Assembly: GCA_965218695.1 (NCBI GenBank) | Contig: OZ244651.1 | Location: forward strand, 1,440,001 to 1,504,000 | DNA from: Nitrosopumilus sp. | GTDB taxonomy: Archaea; Thermoproteota; Nitrososphaeria; Nitrososphaerales; Nitrosopumilaceae | Reading direction: 5' to 3' | DNA length: 64,000 nt | Part shown: positions 10,624-20,683 of the stretch, piece by piece | Layout: every line of letters begins with the position of its first letter | Position numbering within the stretch: the stretch's first letter is position 1 | Notes under the pieces: generated by a model | The model's input: only the letters and a program-made list of their open reading frames with translations | Databases searched by the model: none | What the model was told of the DNA's origin: nothing | Position numbers and translations under genes: made by a program

Positions 10624-11110
10624 CGCAATATGAAATTGCATCGGCAATCTGTATCCCATTAGATTTTTTAGAATCTATGAAGAGAGGATCCTCAAGAATG
10701 TTGTCTATTTTTCTCCAATAACTCCCACGTGTTTGTAAGTTATATGTCGCCTCTTTGGTATTTTGATCTTTTTTGTTTAATACGTACTGTTGATTACTTG
10801 ATCTGTCAGTTCTGATCAAGCCAACGGTCTTGTTACGCTTTAGAGACAAATCAAATCGATCAACTAAAAGTATACGCAGTTTCTGAAATGCTATTTCCAG
10901 CATACTTTGTTTTTTTCCATTTTGTCTTGTCTATTACCACGGAAATTATTGTAAACGGAATGTTCGCCGGTGAGGAATAAATGCCATTCAAAACGCTTGA
11001 AACATTATATTCATTAATTGTAAGTGTTCACGTCGTGCCTAATTCAGTTCACTCTTGGGTAAATTTTGTGCAAACCACAGATCCAAATAGGATGGTAATC
11101 CAAACCCGAT

Positions 11111-12595
11111 GTGAAAAGCCAGGCTGAACTCAAAAAGATGTACACGGATCTCAAGACTGAGAACATCAAGCTCAAGCAGACGATTGAGATGCAAGGGCAG
11201 ATAATTGAGGAATTGAATCTGGCAGTTGCTGATCTTAAGCGCAGGCTGGTGCGGCATGACAATTACAACACCCCGTCATCACAAAAAAGGGGGCCCGGAT
11301 GGCCTGACACAAAGGGAAAAGGCGACGAAAAGAATGCCTACAATAAATCCACAAAAGCCTCCCGGGATCAAAAGGACCGCGTGGATGCAAAGGGAAAAGG
11401 CGACGAAAAGAATGCCTACAATAAATCCACAAAAGCCTCCCGGGATCAAAAGGACCGCGTGGATGCGGCCGGCAGCGGGAAGTCGCGCGGGGGGCAAAAA
11501 GGCCACATGGGCCGCACCCGCAAGCCAAAACCCACCGAGTTTGAGGAACACACCCCGGAGGCCTGCCCCGAATGCGGCTCGGGTAGCCTTTCCATAGTGC
11601 AGTCAGAAAAACGCGACATTACCAGAGTGGAGCGCACGATAAAGGTCATCACCACGCGCCACACCATAAACACGTGTCGCTGCTCCTGCGGTCTGGTGGA
11701 CATCAAGCCCGAGACCGGCCTTCCAGACAAGGGCAGCTACGATCCGAGCATAACGACTGATGTTGCAGACGATTACGTGTGTCGCATGCCGTTTAGGATG
11801 ATCGCAGACCGCATGTCGCGGTACGGAATTACACTCTCCTCGGGCACGGCGCACAACATAATGCGCAGGCTGGGAACGTCGCTGGGCGCCCCTGCGGCAG
11901 CCATTGCCGCCATGATACGCAAGGCCAAGATACTGCACGCCGACGAGACATCGATTCACCTAAACGGCCGCAACGTCTGGGTGTGGATACTGCACGATCC
12001 GCTGACCGGGCACGCGCTGTACGTGATACGGGACAGCCGGGGGGCAAAGGTTCTGAAAGAAGCGCTTGGGGGTTGGGACGGCACGTTAGTGTGCGACGGC
12101 TGGACGGCGTACGGAAAATACCGCGTCCAGCGCTGCTGGTCGCACATAATACGCGAGGCCAGGGACATCTGCAACCGCAATCCGGACTGCCCAGGCGCGC
12201 GCAACGTCCTGAAGCACCTGCGCATAATCTATGATTATGCCAGAAGGGCAAGCAGGAAACGCTCGCGCTCTCTCCGGGACAACGCGTCTGCCATGCTGAC
12301 GTCATGCATCGAAAAGATCGTTGCAAGGTACGCCGACGATCCAATATTGGAAAAATTCATGGTCAAGATCAGCAATGCTGGCAGCGACCTGTTCCGGTTC
12401 GTGCTGAACCCAAAGATCCCGCCTACAAACAATGCTGCAGAACGCGGGTTGCGCGAGATAGTCGTGCACAGAAAAATACGGGGCAGCATAAGGGCAGAGG
12501 AGACGATGACGTGGATGGCGAATTTCTTTTCATGTGTAATGACATGGAAAAACAAGAAATTGGATTACTTGGCGGAGATTGCAAAATACGCCTAA
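11111..12595 (+). CDS. IS66-family transposase (TnpC-like)
   Basis: Coiled-coil N-terminus, GGQKGH, CPECG zinc finger, HADET, CDG, QRCWSH, TNNAAERGLR. Confidence 0.95.
   Translation: MKSQAELKKMYTDLKTENIKLKQTIEMQGQIIEELNLAVADLKRRLVRHDNYNTPSSQKRGPGWPDTKGKGDEKNAYNKSTKASRDQKDRVDAKGKGDEKNAYNKSTKASRDQKDRVDAAGSGKSRGGQKGHMGRTRKPKPTEFEEHTPEACPECGSGSLSIVQSEKRDITRVERTIKVITTRHTINTCRCSCGLVDIKPETGLPDKGSYDPSITTDVADDYVCRMPFRMIADRMSRYGITLSSGTAHNIMRRLGTSLGAPAAAIAAMIRKAKILHADETSIHLNGRNVWVWILHDPLTGHALYVIRDSRGAKVLKEALGGWDGTLVCDGWTAYGKYRVQRCWSHIIREARDICNRNPDCPGARNVLKHLRIIYDYARRASRKRSRSLRDNASAMLTSCIEKIVARYADDPILEKFMVKISNAGSDLFRFVLNPKIPPTNNAAERGLREIVVHRKIRGSIRAEETMTWMANFFSCVMTWKNKKLDYLAEIAKYA
11311..11466 (+). repeat. 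78-bp in-frame tandem duplication inside the IS66 transposase
   Basis: KGKGDEKNAYNKSTKASRDQKDRVDA occurs twice; copies start at 11311 and 11389. Confidence 0.95.
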
Positions 12596-12666
12596 AAATG
12601 AGTTAAACCACGTGAACACTTACCATTAATTCCTTCGAACTCTTTTTTCCCCTTATGGATGTCATG

Positions 12667-13952
12667 TATACCAAGGAAAATAAGTCTGTGAACGAAAATC
12701 AAATTTATTGCAAAATTCCATTCAAATTGCGCTCATGATGGGGGCAGATATTTTGCACGTTCAGACGTGCAGAAGAATCAGACCATCTCGTCAGACGGAT
12801 GTGCGCAGAATCCCCTGCGTGGAAAGCCGGCTCCCGGCTTATGCCTTCCTGTAAAGGTATTTTTCGATGTCCAGGTTCGGCACGGATGACCTCAGCCAGT
12901 TGTCAACGTCGTGGCACATGTTGCCAAACGTGACGTATCTGGCATCCAGCACGGCATGCTTCATCTGCCGCCAGACCTACTCGATTGCGCTCAGGTCCGG
13001 ACAGCCGGGTGGCAGAAACGCCAGCTCCAGGCCGTCCAGGCTTGCGAGTTCCGCCTTGACGTCGTTTGCCCTGTGCTGCGGCGCCCCGTCAAGAATCATC
13101 AGGATCTTGCCGAATTTCTTGTGTGCCTTCCTCAGAAAGTCCACAAACTCTTCCTTGCGGAACCTGTCATACCTCACAAAGAAGTACTTCCCGTCAGAGG
13201 TGATCAGCCCGAACACGACGGTCCTGGAGTGCGTCCCGGTGTACGTGTAGGCTGCCCGTACGCCCCTTGGGGTGTAGACGCCCTTTCGAGGCCTGGCATC
13301 GGCAGTCACGATTGACTCGTCCTGAACGCATATCGTGTAGCCCTCGCGCCTCTTGGATCCTATCAGTCCCCTGAGCTTCTTTCTGAACCAGGCGATCTTT
13401 TGGCGGCTTGCCCTCCTGACATGCCTTCCCACCGGGACCTTTCTGGTGAATCCCCACGACCGCAGTATCTTGCGGGCGTATTGCAGCGAATATTCCGTCA
13501 GGTACTCTATCCCGGACATGTTTCGTATGAGATCCAGCATGTCCGTGGCCACCACGTAGATTATCTTTTTGGTCTTTTTTTTACCTCTTTCAGGGTATCC
13601 TTCGATACCCGTGGCGGCCTTCCGGACCTGCTGCGCGTCTGCATCCCGTCCACGCCCTCCTTTACGTAACGCCGTCGCCACTTGACGCCCCATGACGGGA
13701 CCATTCCCAGATGGCGTGAAGCCTCAGATATGGACATCTTGTCCCGAATGACGAGCACGTTCAGCATTATCCTGTCCCTGACGAAGGGATCCCTTTCCGT
13801 TTTGCGAATTGCAAGCAGCTTCTTTGGTTTCATGGGTGTTGTAGGATGGTCGGATCCAAATAGTTTTCCTGAGTCATGACAGATTAGGCACATTCTGCAA
13901 AATTATTTGCAATTCCTGATGGAACGATCTCGGACTTTGTTTCCGTGGTATA
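12667..13952 (-). mobile_element. IS630-family element 3 (two-ORF frameshift type); coordinates include the TA duplication
   Basis: Imperfect TIRs TATACCAAGGAAAATAAGTCTGTGAACG versus rc TATACCACGGAAACAAAGTCCGAGATCG. Confidence 0.88.
12839..13833 (-). pseudogene. IS630 transposase OrfA/OrfB with a slippery A-run and an in-frame TAG
   Basis: OrfA (HTH) starts at 13833 and shifts frame at the A-run ~13575-13582. OrfB has QDE, LDGAPQH and PDLSAIE*VWRQMK, with TAG at 12977-12979; the frame continues to TAA at 12839. Confidence 0.85.
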
Positions 13953-14148
13953 GATGCATTTCGCTACCCTGAAATTTGTTTGGAAATACAGTATTTCGGA
14001 CATAATCTACACTAGATTCCATATTTTTACATGTCTGTCCTCTACGATGGCTCCACTAACAATATAGTATGCTGTTTGTTCTGTTGCCTCTTCGCTCCCA
14101 GATTCATCCACATACATAAAATACATGAGGCATGATATGAGTTTCTGA

Positions 14149-14154
14149 TATAAA
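14149..14154 (-). promoter_or_regulatory. Putative archaeal TATA box of the DUF3800 gene
   Basis: TTTATA 23-28 bp upstream of ATG 14126. Confidence 0.5.
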
Positions 14155-14171
14155 TATTAGATGATGACAAC

Positions 14172-14243
14172 CAGATAGCCCAGATGTTATCATGACAAGA
14201 CAGGATCGGGCGGCGGTTCAGGCTACATGATGCTTAGCAAGAG
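14172..14243 (+). repeat. MITE copy A (truncated)
   Basis: CAGATAGCCCAGATG...CAGGATCGGGCGGCGGTTCAGGCTACATGATGCTTAGCAAGAG matches the copies at 27178-27299 and 62464-62595. Confidence 0.8.
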
Positions 14244-14277
14244 ACATGGGTCACACAAATTCCATGGCAGGGTGGGG

Positions 14278-15489
14278 TTATTTTTTTGCGGCACTAACCA
14301 GGGATATCACGTCCCTGTCCCTCAGCTGGTAGTCTGTTGGTAGCCTCAGGTTGTATCTGAGATCGTTTGCGTACAGCAGCCCCTTGGTCAGGTCCGTATG
14401 AATCTCCCTTGCAAGATCCCGGACAGTCGAGCCGTCCTTTAGCAGGATCAGATCAGGCAGGATCCTGCCCTTCCCGTCAGAGAGGTTCTTTGCGTCGGCC
14501 ACGGGATATATCGAGTTCATCTTGAGCAGTTTGAAGACTGCCACGTTTATTGCAAACTGGACTCCGGTCTGCATGTACTCGCCCAGTATTCCCCTTTTGA
14601 TGATATCCAGGGCTCTGATCTGCTTCTCTGTGAGATCCTCGGGCCGGATTATCTCGAACTGCTCGGAACCCGGAGAGTATCTTATCATGCCCTTCTGCTC
14701 TGCGAGCCGGAGGCTGAACTCGCTGTCGCCGCTTACCGGAATCACTATGGAGTCGGCATACCTCTCCCTGAGCCGTACAAAGTTCTTGTCTGCGCCTTCA
14801 ACGTCAATCTTGTTTGCCACGATCAGCGTGGGCTTGGAGATTTTTCTGAGAACCGCCGCAAGCTGCTTGCTCTCGATCATGTCAAAATCATCAAACGGCT
14901 TGTCTTCGAGTTTGGTCTCTGTCAGTGCGGCCCGGACGTGTGCCCTTTTGACTCCGATGCCGCGGTAGAGATCGGTGATTGTGGTGGTAGTGTCGGCGCC
15001 ATCGTTGATCAGTTTTGAGGCCTTGTCCCGGTTTCCCTCCAGAATCTTATGGTACCACATGAGCAGCTCCTCTTCAATGTCTGCAAAGTCAGAGATTGGA
15101 TCGCCTGTACCGGCGCTGGTGATCCTTCCGGCAGAGTCGATTCCGCCGGAGGCATCGACTACGTGAAGCAGCGCGTCAGACTGTGCCGCGACTGACAGGA
15201 AGCGGTTCCCAAGGCCCTTTCCCCTCCACGCATCCTTGATCAGGCCCGGCAGGTCTATGAGTTCAATCGGGATGTACCTCCACCCGTCGACGCACCTTGA
15301 GTTGTTTGGGTTGTCTTGGACTTGGAACTCCGGATGCACGCACAGCGCCACTGCGTGTCCTGTTCCGGACACGGGGGACTTTGTAGTGAACGGGTACGAT
15401 GAGATCTTCTCAGAGGAGATGGTGGCAGAGTTGAAGAACGTGGTCTTGCCGGTGTTTGTCTTTCCGACAAGGCCTATCTTGAGGGTCAT
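14278..15489 (-). CDS. ychF: Obg-family ATPase/GTPase YchF
   Basis: GKTNTGKT, YPFTT, DLPG, NKID and a C-terminal TGS-like segment. Confidence 0.9.
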   Translation of the reverse strand: MTLKIGLVGKTNTGKTTFFNSATISSEKISSYPFTTKSPVSGTGHAVALCVHPEFQVQDNPNNSRCVDGWRYIPIELIDLPGLIKDAWRGKGLGNRFLSVAAQSDALLHVVDASGGIDSAGRITSAGTGDPISDFADIEEELLMWYHKILEGNRDKASKLINDGADTTTTITDLYRGIGVKRAHVRAALTETKLEDKPFDDFDMIESKQLAAVLRKISKPTLIVANKIDVEGADKNFVRLRERYADSIVIPVSGDSEFSLRLAEQKGMIRYSPGSEQFEIIRPEDLTEKQIRALDIIKRGILGEYMQTGVQFAINVAVFKLLKMNSIYPVADAKNLSDGKGRILPDLILLKDGSTVRDLAREIHTDLTKGLLYANDLRYNLRLPTDYQLRDRDVISLVSAAKK

Positions 15490-15541
15490 GCAGTGGTTGC
15501 AGCCTCAGAATATTTATAATGTGAGTCGCGGTGAAGGCTGC

Positions 15542-15916
15542 TCAGTCGTGGCAGTCATCATGTGCGGATCTCTTGATTCTCTCAAGGGAGTCGCTGATGC
15601 TTCTCAGCGCCCAGTCAATCTCCGAGAGATCGTCAGGGGACAGGGAGTCGTGCCATCTCTCCAGAATGGCGTCTGCAATGTCCGAACAGCCCGACAGCAC
15701 CTGCCAGTATGGATGGTGCTCGGCAGTGGCATGTGCAAGTTCTGCCACGTCACACAGGCCTGTCTTTGCCCTTGCAAGCGGGGTGATCCTCTGATCGAGT
15801 ATCTTGATGATGCCAGAGTCGGCGTCCCTCTCAATCTTCAGATGAAGGCCCTGCCGCTCATGCCTCTTTGCCAGATCAATCAGATCGTCGTAAAAGTCCC
15901 CAAGGCTGTCGGTCAT
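15542..15916 (-). CDS. Conserved hypothetical protein
   Basis: Start ATG 15916 overlaps the stop of the upstream gene (ATGA coupling). Confidence 0.7.
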   Translation of the reverse strand: MTDSLGDFYDDLIDLAKRHERQGLHLKIERDADSGIIKILDQRITPLARAKTGLCDVAELAHATAEHHPYWQVLSGCSDIADAILERWHDSLSPDDLSEIDWALRSISDSLERIKRSAHDDCHD

Positions 15917-16323
15917 GACAGCCTCCGGTGTTCTGCCAGCATGCATCTGTTAAAGACGATTGGGATCCCCTCCCTCGCAGCCAGGTCCTCAGCATCCTGG
16001 TTGTGTATTCCCTCCTGCAGCCAGATTACCTTGGGTCTCTTTTGGATGGCCTCCTGCACAAACGGCACCACCTGATCAGAGGGACGGAATACCTCTACAA
16101 TGTCAACGTCATCCTGTATCTCCAGGACAGAGCCATATGCCCTGCGCCCCATGATCTCGTCTGCTGCAGGATTAACCGGAACCACGTCATAGCCGTTCTC
16201 TGAGAGATATCGGGGCACGTAGTGCGCAGCCTTTGCAGGATCCCGGGACATGCCGATCACGGCTACACGCTTCAACGAAAGGATGTCTCGAATCTGTCCA
16301 TCGGTGTGCGTGTCGGTCTTCAT
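15913..16323 (-). CDS. CoA-binding protein
   Basis: VAVIGMS..P, PVNP, VFRP, IWLQEG. Confidence 0.9.
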   Translation of the reverse strand: MKTDTHTDGQIRDILSLKRVAVIGMSRDPAKAAHYVPRYLSENGYDVVPVNPAADEIMGRRAYGSVLEIQDDVDIVEVFRPSDQVVPFVQEAIQKRPKVIWLQEGIHNQDAEDLAAREGIPIVFNRCMLAEHRRLS

Positions 16324-16497
16324 GGTATGGGTTCGGGCATGCAGAATATAATTTTTGAATTATCTGGCACCCGGATGATTCCCGCGCATCCGACGGTTGT
16401 GTCGGCGGCATCTTTAGTCATTCCAGACATGATCCGGGCATTCCCAGGTATGATGAGGGTGCAAAGGATTTTTTAATGACATGCATTTGATCTAGTC

Positions 16498-17016
16498 ATG
16501 GAAGAAGAGCCAAATGACGTGATGGTTCTGGGCGCCATAATGCGCGGCACGAAAAAATTTCAAAAGATACAAAAGGCCACAAAGATCGACCCCGAGGAGC
16601 TCGAATCAATCCTGGAAAAGCTAGAGAGGCGCGGATTCATCCAAATAGAGGAGAAGAAGGGATGGACGGGAAGGAAGGTCGAGATATTCGTCACAGAAGA
16701 GGGTGCAAAGGAGGTTGATGAGCGTATCCATGAGCTCCAGTCAAAATGGAGCCAGATGTCGGCAGTCTACAAGACGGGAAACAAGGAGAAGATGAAGAGA
16801 TGTATGGATGACAACAGATCATTCCTGCCCATGATGATGTTCTTTGGAATCATGGACATTATGATGTTTAGCATGATGTTCAACATGATGGGCATGACAA
16901 TGGCAGACTATGTCCCTGCAGAAGGCACGGAGGGCGCAGGCATGGATGATGCGGGGGCCGACGCAGGCATGGACGGGGACGTGGGCGGCGGATTTGACTT
17001 TGATGTCGGATTTTAG
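16498..17016 (+). CDS. Winged-helix (MarR-like) protein with a Met/Gly/Asp-rich tail
   Basis: LEKLERRGFI...VTEEG wHTH pattern. Confidence 0.75.
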   Translation: MEEEPNDVMVLGAIMRGTKKFQKIQKATKIDPEELESILEKLERRGFIQIEEKKGWTGRKVEIFVTEEGAKEVDERIHELQSKWSQMSAVYKTGNKEKMKRCMDDNRSFLPMMMFFGIMDIMMFSMMFNMMGMTMADYVPAEGTEGAGMDDAGADAGMDGDVGGGFDFDVGF

Positions 17017-17052
17017 GCGGCATTTTATACAGGAATCAAAGATCACCCATAA

Positions 17053-18057
17053 TTGAACTACAACTCCTTTGAGAATCCAGGACTGGTAAAGGTGCTCAGG
17101 TTCCTGCAGACACACAGTGACGAATACCTGTCAGGGCAGGACCTGAGCGACGTGCTGAGGATCAGCAGGGTGGCAGTATGGAAGCACATCAGGAAGATCC
17201 GGGAACTGGGATACTCTGTGAAATCAAGACAAAAGCTCGGATACAGGCTCCTGGCAGACTCGGAGATGCTGCTGCCGTGGGAGATTACGTCAGGACTGAA
17301 GACTGATGTCATCGGACAGAGGGCATACTACTTTGAGTCCACAGACTCTACCCAGGGACAGGCCCTAAGGCTTGCAGCGGATCCTGCAAACAACGGGGCC
17401 ATAGTAACTGCGGCAAGGCAGACTGACGGAAGGGGAAGGGGCGGAAGAAGATGGGTATCGCAGGATGGCGGGATCTGGTTTTCGGTCATACTGCAGCCGG
17501 AATTTGGGATCTCAGATGCCACACTGTTCCCAATTGCATCGTCAGTTGCCCTCTCAGAGGCAATAGAGCAGACGTTTGGAATTGCCCCTGAGCTGAAATG
17601 GCCAAACGACCTGACCATTAATGGCAAAAAGGTTGCAGGAATGCTGGTTGATGCGTCGCTGGAGTCAAACAGGATCCAAAACATGATCCTCGGAGTGGGG
17701 ATAAACTTCGATGTCGATACCGGCAGGATAGAGGATGCGCTAAGGGACAGCCCGGGATTCTACGGGGCCTCGTCGCTGAGCCACGGGGAGGAAAAGGTCA
17801 GGCCGGTGAGGCTGGTCCAGTCATTCCTGATGGCGCTGGAAAGAGTCTGCAATGAACTGAATGCAGGTCATGCAGAAAGAATAGTTTCAGAATGGACGGG
17901 GAGATCATCCACCATCGGGAGGCATGTTGAACTGGATGCGCCGAATGGAAGAATCAGCGGGAGGGCCGTAAGGGTCGACAGGGACGGCGCACTGGTGGTC
18001 CTGCACGACGGTGTATCACACAGGGTCATAGCAGGGGACATAACAAGTTCGTCCTGA
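17053..18057 (+). CDS. birA: Biotin-[acetyl-CoA-carboxylase] ligase / repressor
   Basis: HTH SRVAVWKHI, GRGRGGRRW, KWPND, KKVAG. Confidence 0.95.
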   Translation: MNYNSFENPGLVKVLRFLQTHSDEYLSGQDLSDVLRISRVAVWKHIRKIRELGYSVKSRQKLGYRLLADSEMLLPWEITSGLKTDVIGQRAYYFESTDSTQGQALRLAADPANNGAIVTAARQTDGRGRGGRRWVSQDGGIWFSVILQPEFGISDATLFPIASSVALSEAIEQTFGIAPELKWPNDLTINGKKVAGMLVDASLESNRIQNMILGVGINFDVDTGRIEDALRDSPGFYGASSLSHGEEKVRPVRLVQSFLMALERVCNELNAGHAERIVSEWTGRSSTIGRHVELDAPNGRISGRAVRVDRDGALVVLHDGVSHRVIAGDITSSS

Positions 18058-18919
18058 TTATCATGTGCAGTACGTCAGACAAATGGTGATCTCCAAATGA
18101 GTCTTTCGTAGCGTAAACTGAATCGTGATTTTGCCAAATTGGCCGGGGGATCCGTCCACGTCAATTGCGTCATGTGCCGTCGCGCGCATATCGTATTTAT
18201 GGAAAGAACCTCGTAGTGACACATGTGGGCACTGGTATTTGCCGCAGTCACAGTTATGCTGGCAGCTGTGGCAGGCACGGGCGAATTTGCGTGGGGGGAG
18301 ACCACCCTCGAGGCGTCCATTAATCCAAGCGCCGAGTCGTCCCCGTTCAGGGTAAAGTATCAGGACTACACCATATACGAGTACGGCCATGGAAGCCTGC
18401 TCCATCAGCATCTTGGCGGCAAGAAGTGGACCTTGGAAGGCACCGCATCCGGCAGTCAGGACGTCCTGGATCTGGAAGACGTCTTAAACCGGAAGCTCGC
18501 CTCTGACGGAAGCTTTGCAAGGGTGTCGGATCTGAAAGTAATCTACAAATTCTATCTGGTTCCCGCCAGCCACGGTTCCATCATTGGCTATAAAGTCGAG
18601 GTGGAGGGGATGCTTACCGGGCATGTGATAGCCACCTCGGAGCGCCAACATGTAGTAGACTTGATGTGGAGGGGCCTGACCGTAACCGACGACGTCACAA
18701 TCGACGGCGTCCCGATAAACATACCAGCCAGCCTGCTCAGGGTCATGGAACCCGGAGCATACGAACTGCTGGCCGGGACCGAGGCCGACAGAATCCTGCT
18801 CATACCGCTGATGGATGCCGAGGCAATCCTGGAGCGGTCCATGTCTTCATGGAAGGAGTGGCCTAGAACCAGTACATGGGCGATGGGAAACAGCAGGCAA
18901 TCAGACACTCGGCCAGGAG

Positions 18920-20683
18920 GTAATAGTTTCGCTTTTTGAAGTGGGCTGCTTGGCAGCGGAGCGGGTGCAGCCTTCCCCTTACCGTGGACTCTTTTTCCCC
19001 GTGACGCACTGCACGTGCCGTCGGACGGCGCCTCATCCGTCCCCGGAAGACGAGCGGACCAGGTGATCAAAGAAGCTGTCCTTGTTGATCCTGTCAGTTG
19101 CCAGCAGCGTGAACAGGATCGAGTTGGCATCCATGCCCTTCCTGGAGCGGTTCCCGCCCCCGTCGCTCCTTACGGCCACGAACCTCCGGTTGGCCCTCTC
19201 GACTGCGTTGTTGTCAGGCTCGATGCCGTCCACGTGCAGGCAGGTGGTCATGAAATATCCCTCCCGCGGGTACCTCTTCTTGTGCCGGGCGATGGTGCCG
19301 TCCCCGTCGCCTGCAAACGGTTCGTTCATCAGCTCGCGCAGCTCCGCGTCTATGCAGCGGGCAGCGACGATCCTTGGGTGCCGGTCCTTGATCCTGGAGG
19401 CGCGGTAAATCTTCATGTGGATTGCCGACAGCCTGTCCAGAAACGCCGGAACGTCACCCCCGGGGTTGGTCAGGACGTCCTTTTGCACCAGGCGTTCCTG
19501 GTGCCACACGCACATCTGGCGGCACGATCCCACGTGGAGCCACCCGGGATACGAGTCCTGCGTTATGGTTCCCCGGTAGCCCGGGAGCGTCTGGCGGAGC
19601 GTCTTGATGTCCCGCGAGTCGGCCACCTCCACGAGGCAGTGATTTTTTGCCAGAGCCACTATCCCGTAGCCGCGCTTGCCGCCCAGCGGCCAGTGAAACT
19701 CGTCTACGTTCAGGTGTGGCGCCTCCAGCACGCGCTCCCTTACCGAATCGCGTTCCGGCGCCATGCGCCCGGCCTGCCTGATCTTGCCGCGGTAGGCAGA
19801 CGAGCGCGAGGTTACGTGCCCCAACGCGTCGCCGCCAAATTCTGCGGTCCTGGCATGCGACATGCCATTCATGTTCAGGGACGTCATGACCGCGTCAAAG
19901 TTTGATGAACGGCGCGCGTGTTTTGCCGCGCCGGGAACCCTCCCGGAGACCTGTCTTTTGCACACGCGGCACCAGCGCCGCTTGATGACGTACCTGACGT
20001 TCTCCAACAGGACGCGCATGACAGTCACGATGCGATCGTACTCGGCAGTCACCCTCCCAGAGAGCCCGCCGCCGCAGTCGGGGCACTCCTTGCAGTCGAT
20101 CTCCTCGACGCGGTCCACGCGCTTTGGCCTGCAGTTGACGGTGGGTTTCTGCCCCTTGGGCCTGCCGGCGGCCTTCTTTCCCTGACCGGCCTTCTTCTTG
20201 GGCGCGGGGACGCTGATCCCGTTTGCCTTGGCGTTGAGATCCCTGTTTGTCTTGGCGTACCTCTTGTTGTCCTCTGTGAGGGACGAGACGAGCGCCTGCA
20301 GGCGCCCGGCCTCCTTCCAGTCTGCGCCCGACTCGCCTGCAATTTCGCAGGCTGCCTCCAGGATCTTGCGGGTTGGGCCTAGCACGTCGCCGAACATTTT
20401 TGCCCAGTGCAGGCAGCACCTGCACCCTGGTTCCATGCACGCCCCGGCATCCAGCGGGATTTGCGGCAAGGAGTGTTCGTGCATTGCCTTAAATTCCTCC
20501 GCCTCCAAGCATGTTCGGCGTGCTGGTTCCTTCATTTCCAAAGATCGAAGGGACTGGCACCCACTCGTACTTGGATCGCGATGGTCTAACTTTGTCATCC
20601 CGAGTACGAAATTATTAGATTCATTCCCGGTACCATGGATGTCCGCTAGGCCATCCGGTTACTTCAAAAAGCGAAACAATTAC
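18920..20683 (-). mobile_element. IS66-family element
   Basis: TIRs GTAATAGTTTCGCTTTTTGAAGT and ACTTCAAAAAGCGAAACAATTAC; 8-bp TSD GCCAGGAG. Confidence 0.95.
19033..20598 (-). CDS. IS66-family transposase
   Basis: CPDCG and CRVC zinc motifs, VDE, QDSY, QMCVWH, DNNAVER. Confidence 0.92.
   Translation of the reverse strand: MTKLDHRDPSTSGCQSLRSLEMKEPARRTCLEAEEFKAMHEHSLPQIPLDAGACMEPGCRCCLHWAKMFGDVLGPTRKILEAACEIAGESGADWKEAGRLQALVSSLTEDNKRYAKTNRDLNAKANGISVPAPKKKAGQGKKAAGRPKGQKPTVNCRPKRVDRVEEIDCKECPDCGGGLSGRVTAEYDRIVTVMRVLLENVRYVIKRRWCRVCKRQVSGRVPGAAKHARRSSNFDAVMTSLNMNGMSHARTAEFGGDALGHVTSRSSAYRGKIRQAGRMAPERDSVRERVLEAPHLNVDEFHWPLGGKRGYGIVALAKNHCLVEVADSRDIKTLRQTLPGYRGTITQDSYPGWLHVGSCRQMCVWHQERLVQKDVLTNPGGDVPAFLDRLSAIHMKIYRASRIKDRHPRIVAARCIDAELRELMNEPFAGDGDGTIARHKKRYPREGYFMTTCLHVDGIEPDNNAVERANRRFVAVRSDGGGNRSRKGMDANSILFTLLATDRINKDSFFDHLVRSSSGDG

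Larger units (their letters stand above)
11020..12623 (+). mobile_element. IS66-family element (single-ORF type)
   Basis: TIRs GTAAGTGTTCACGT and ACGTGAACACTTAC; 8-bp TSD CATTAATT (11012-11019 and 12624-12631). Confidence 0.95.
7835..14126 (-). pseudogene. DUF3800-family gene split by four IS insertions, with two homopolymer frameshifts
   Basis: Pieces in order: 14126-13953 MYFMYVDESG...FQGSEMH; 12666-12624 (L)HDIHKGKKEFEGIN; 11011-10624 ...ISVVIDK...PLFIDSKKSNGIQIADAISYC; 8025-7835 IGRRL...GYGLTFYP. All junctions rejoin in frame once each IS and one TSD copy are removed. Confidence 0.85.

Noticed and set aside
12977-12979. In-frame TAG as pyrrolysine
   Set aside because: No pyl genes are visible, and a single nonsense change in a transposase is simpler.
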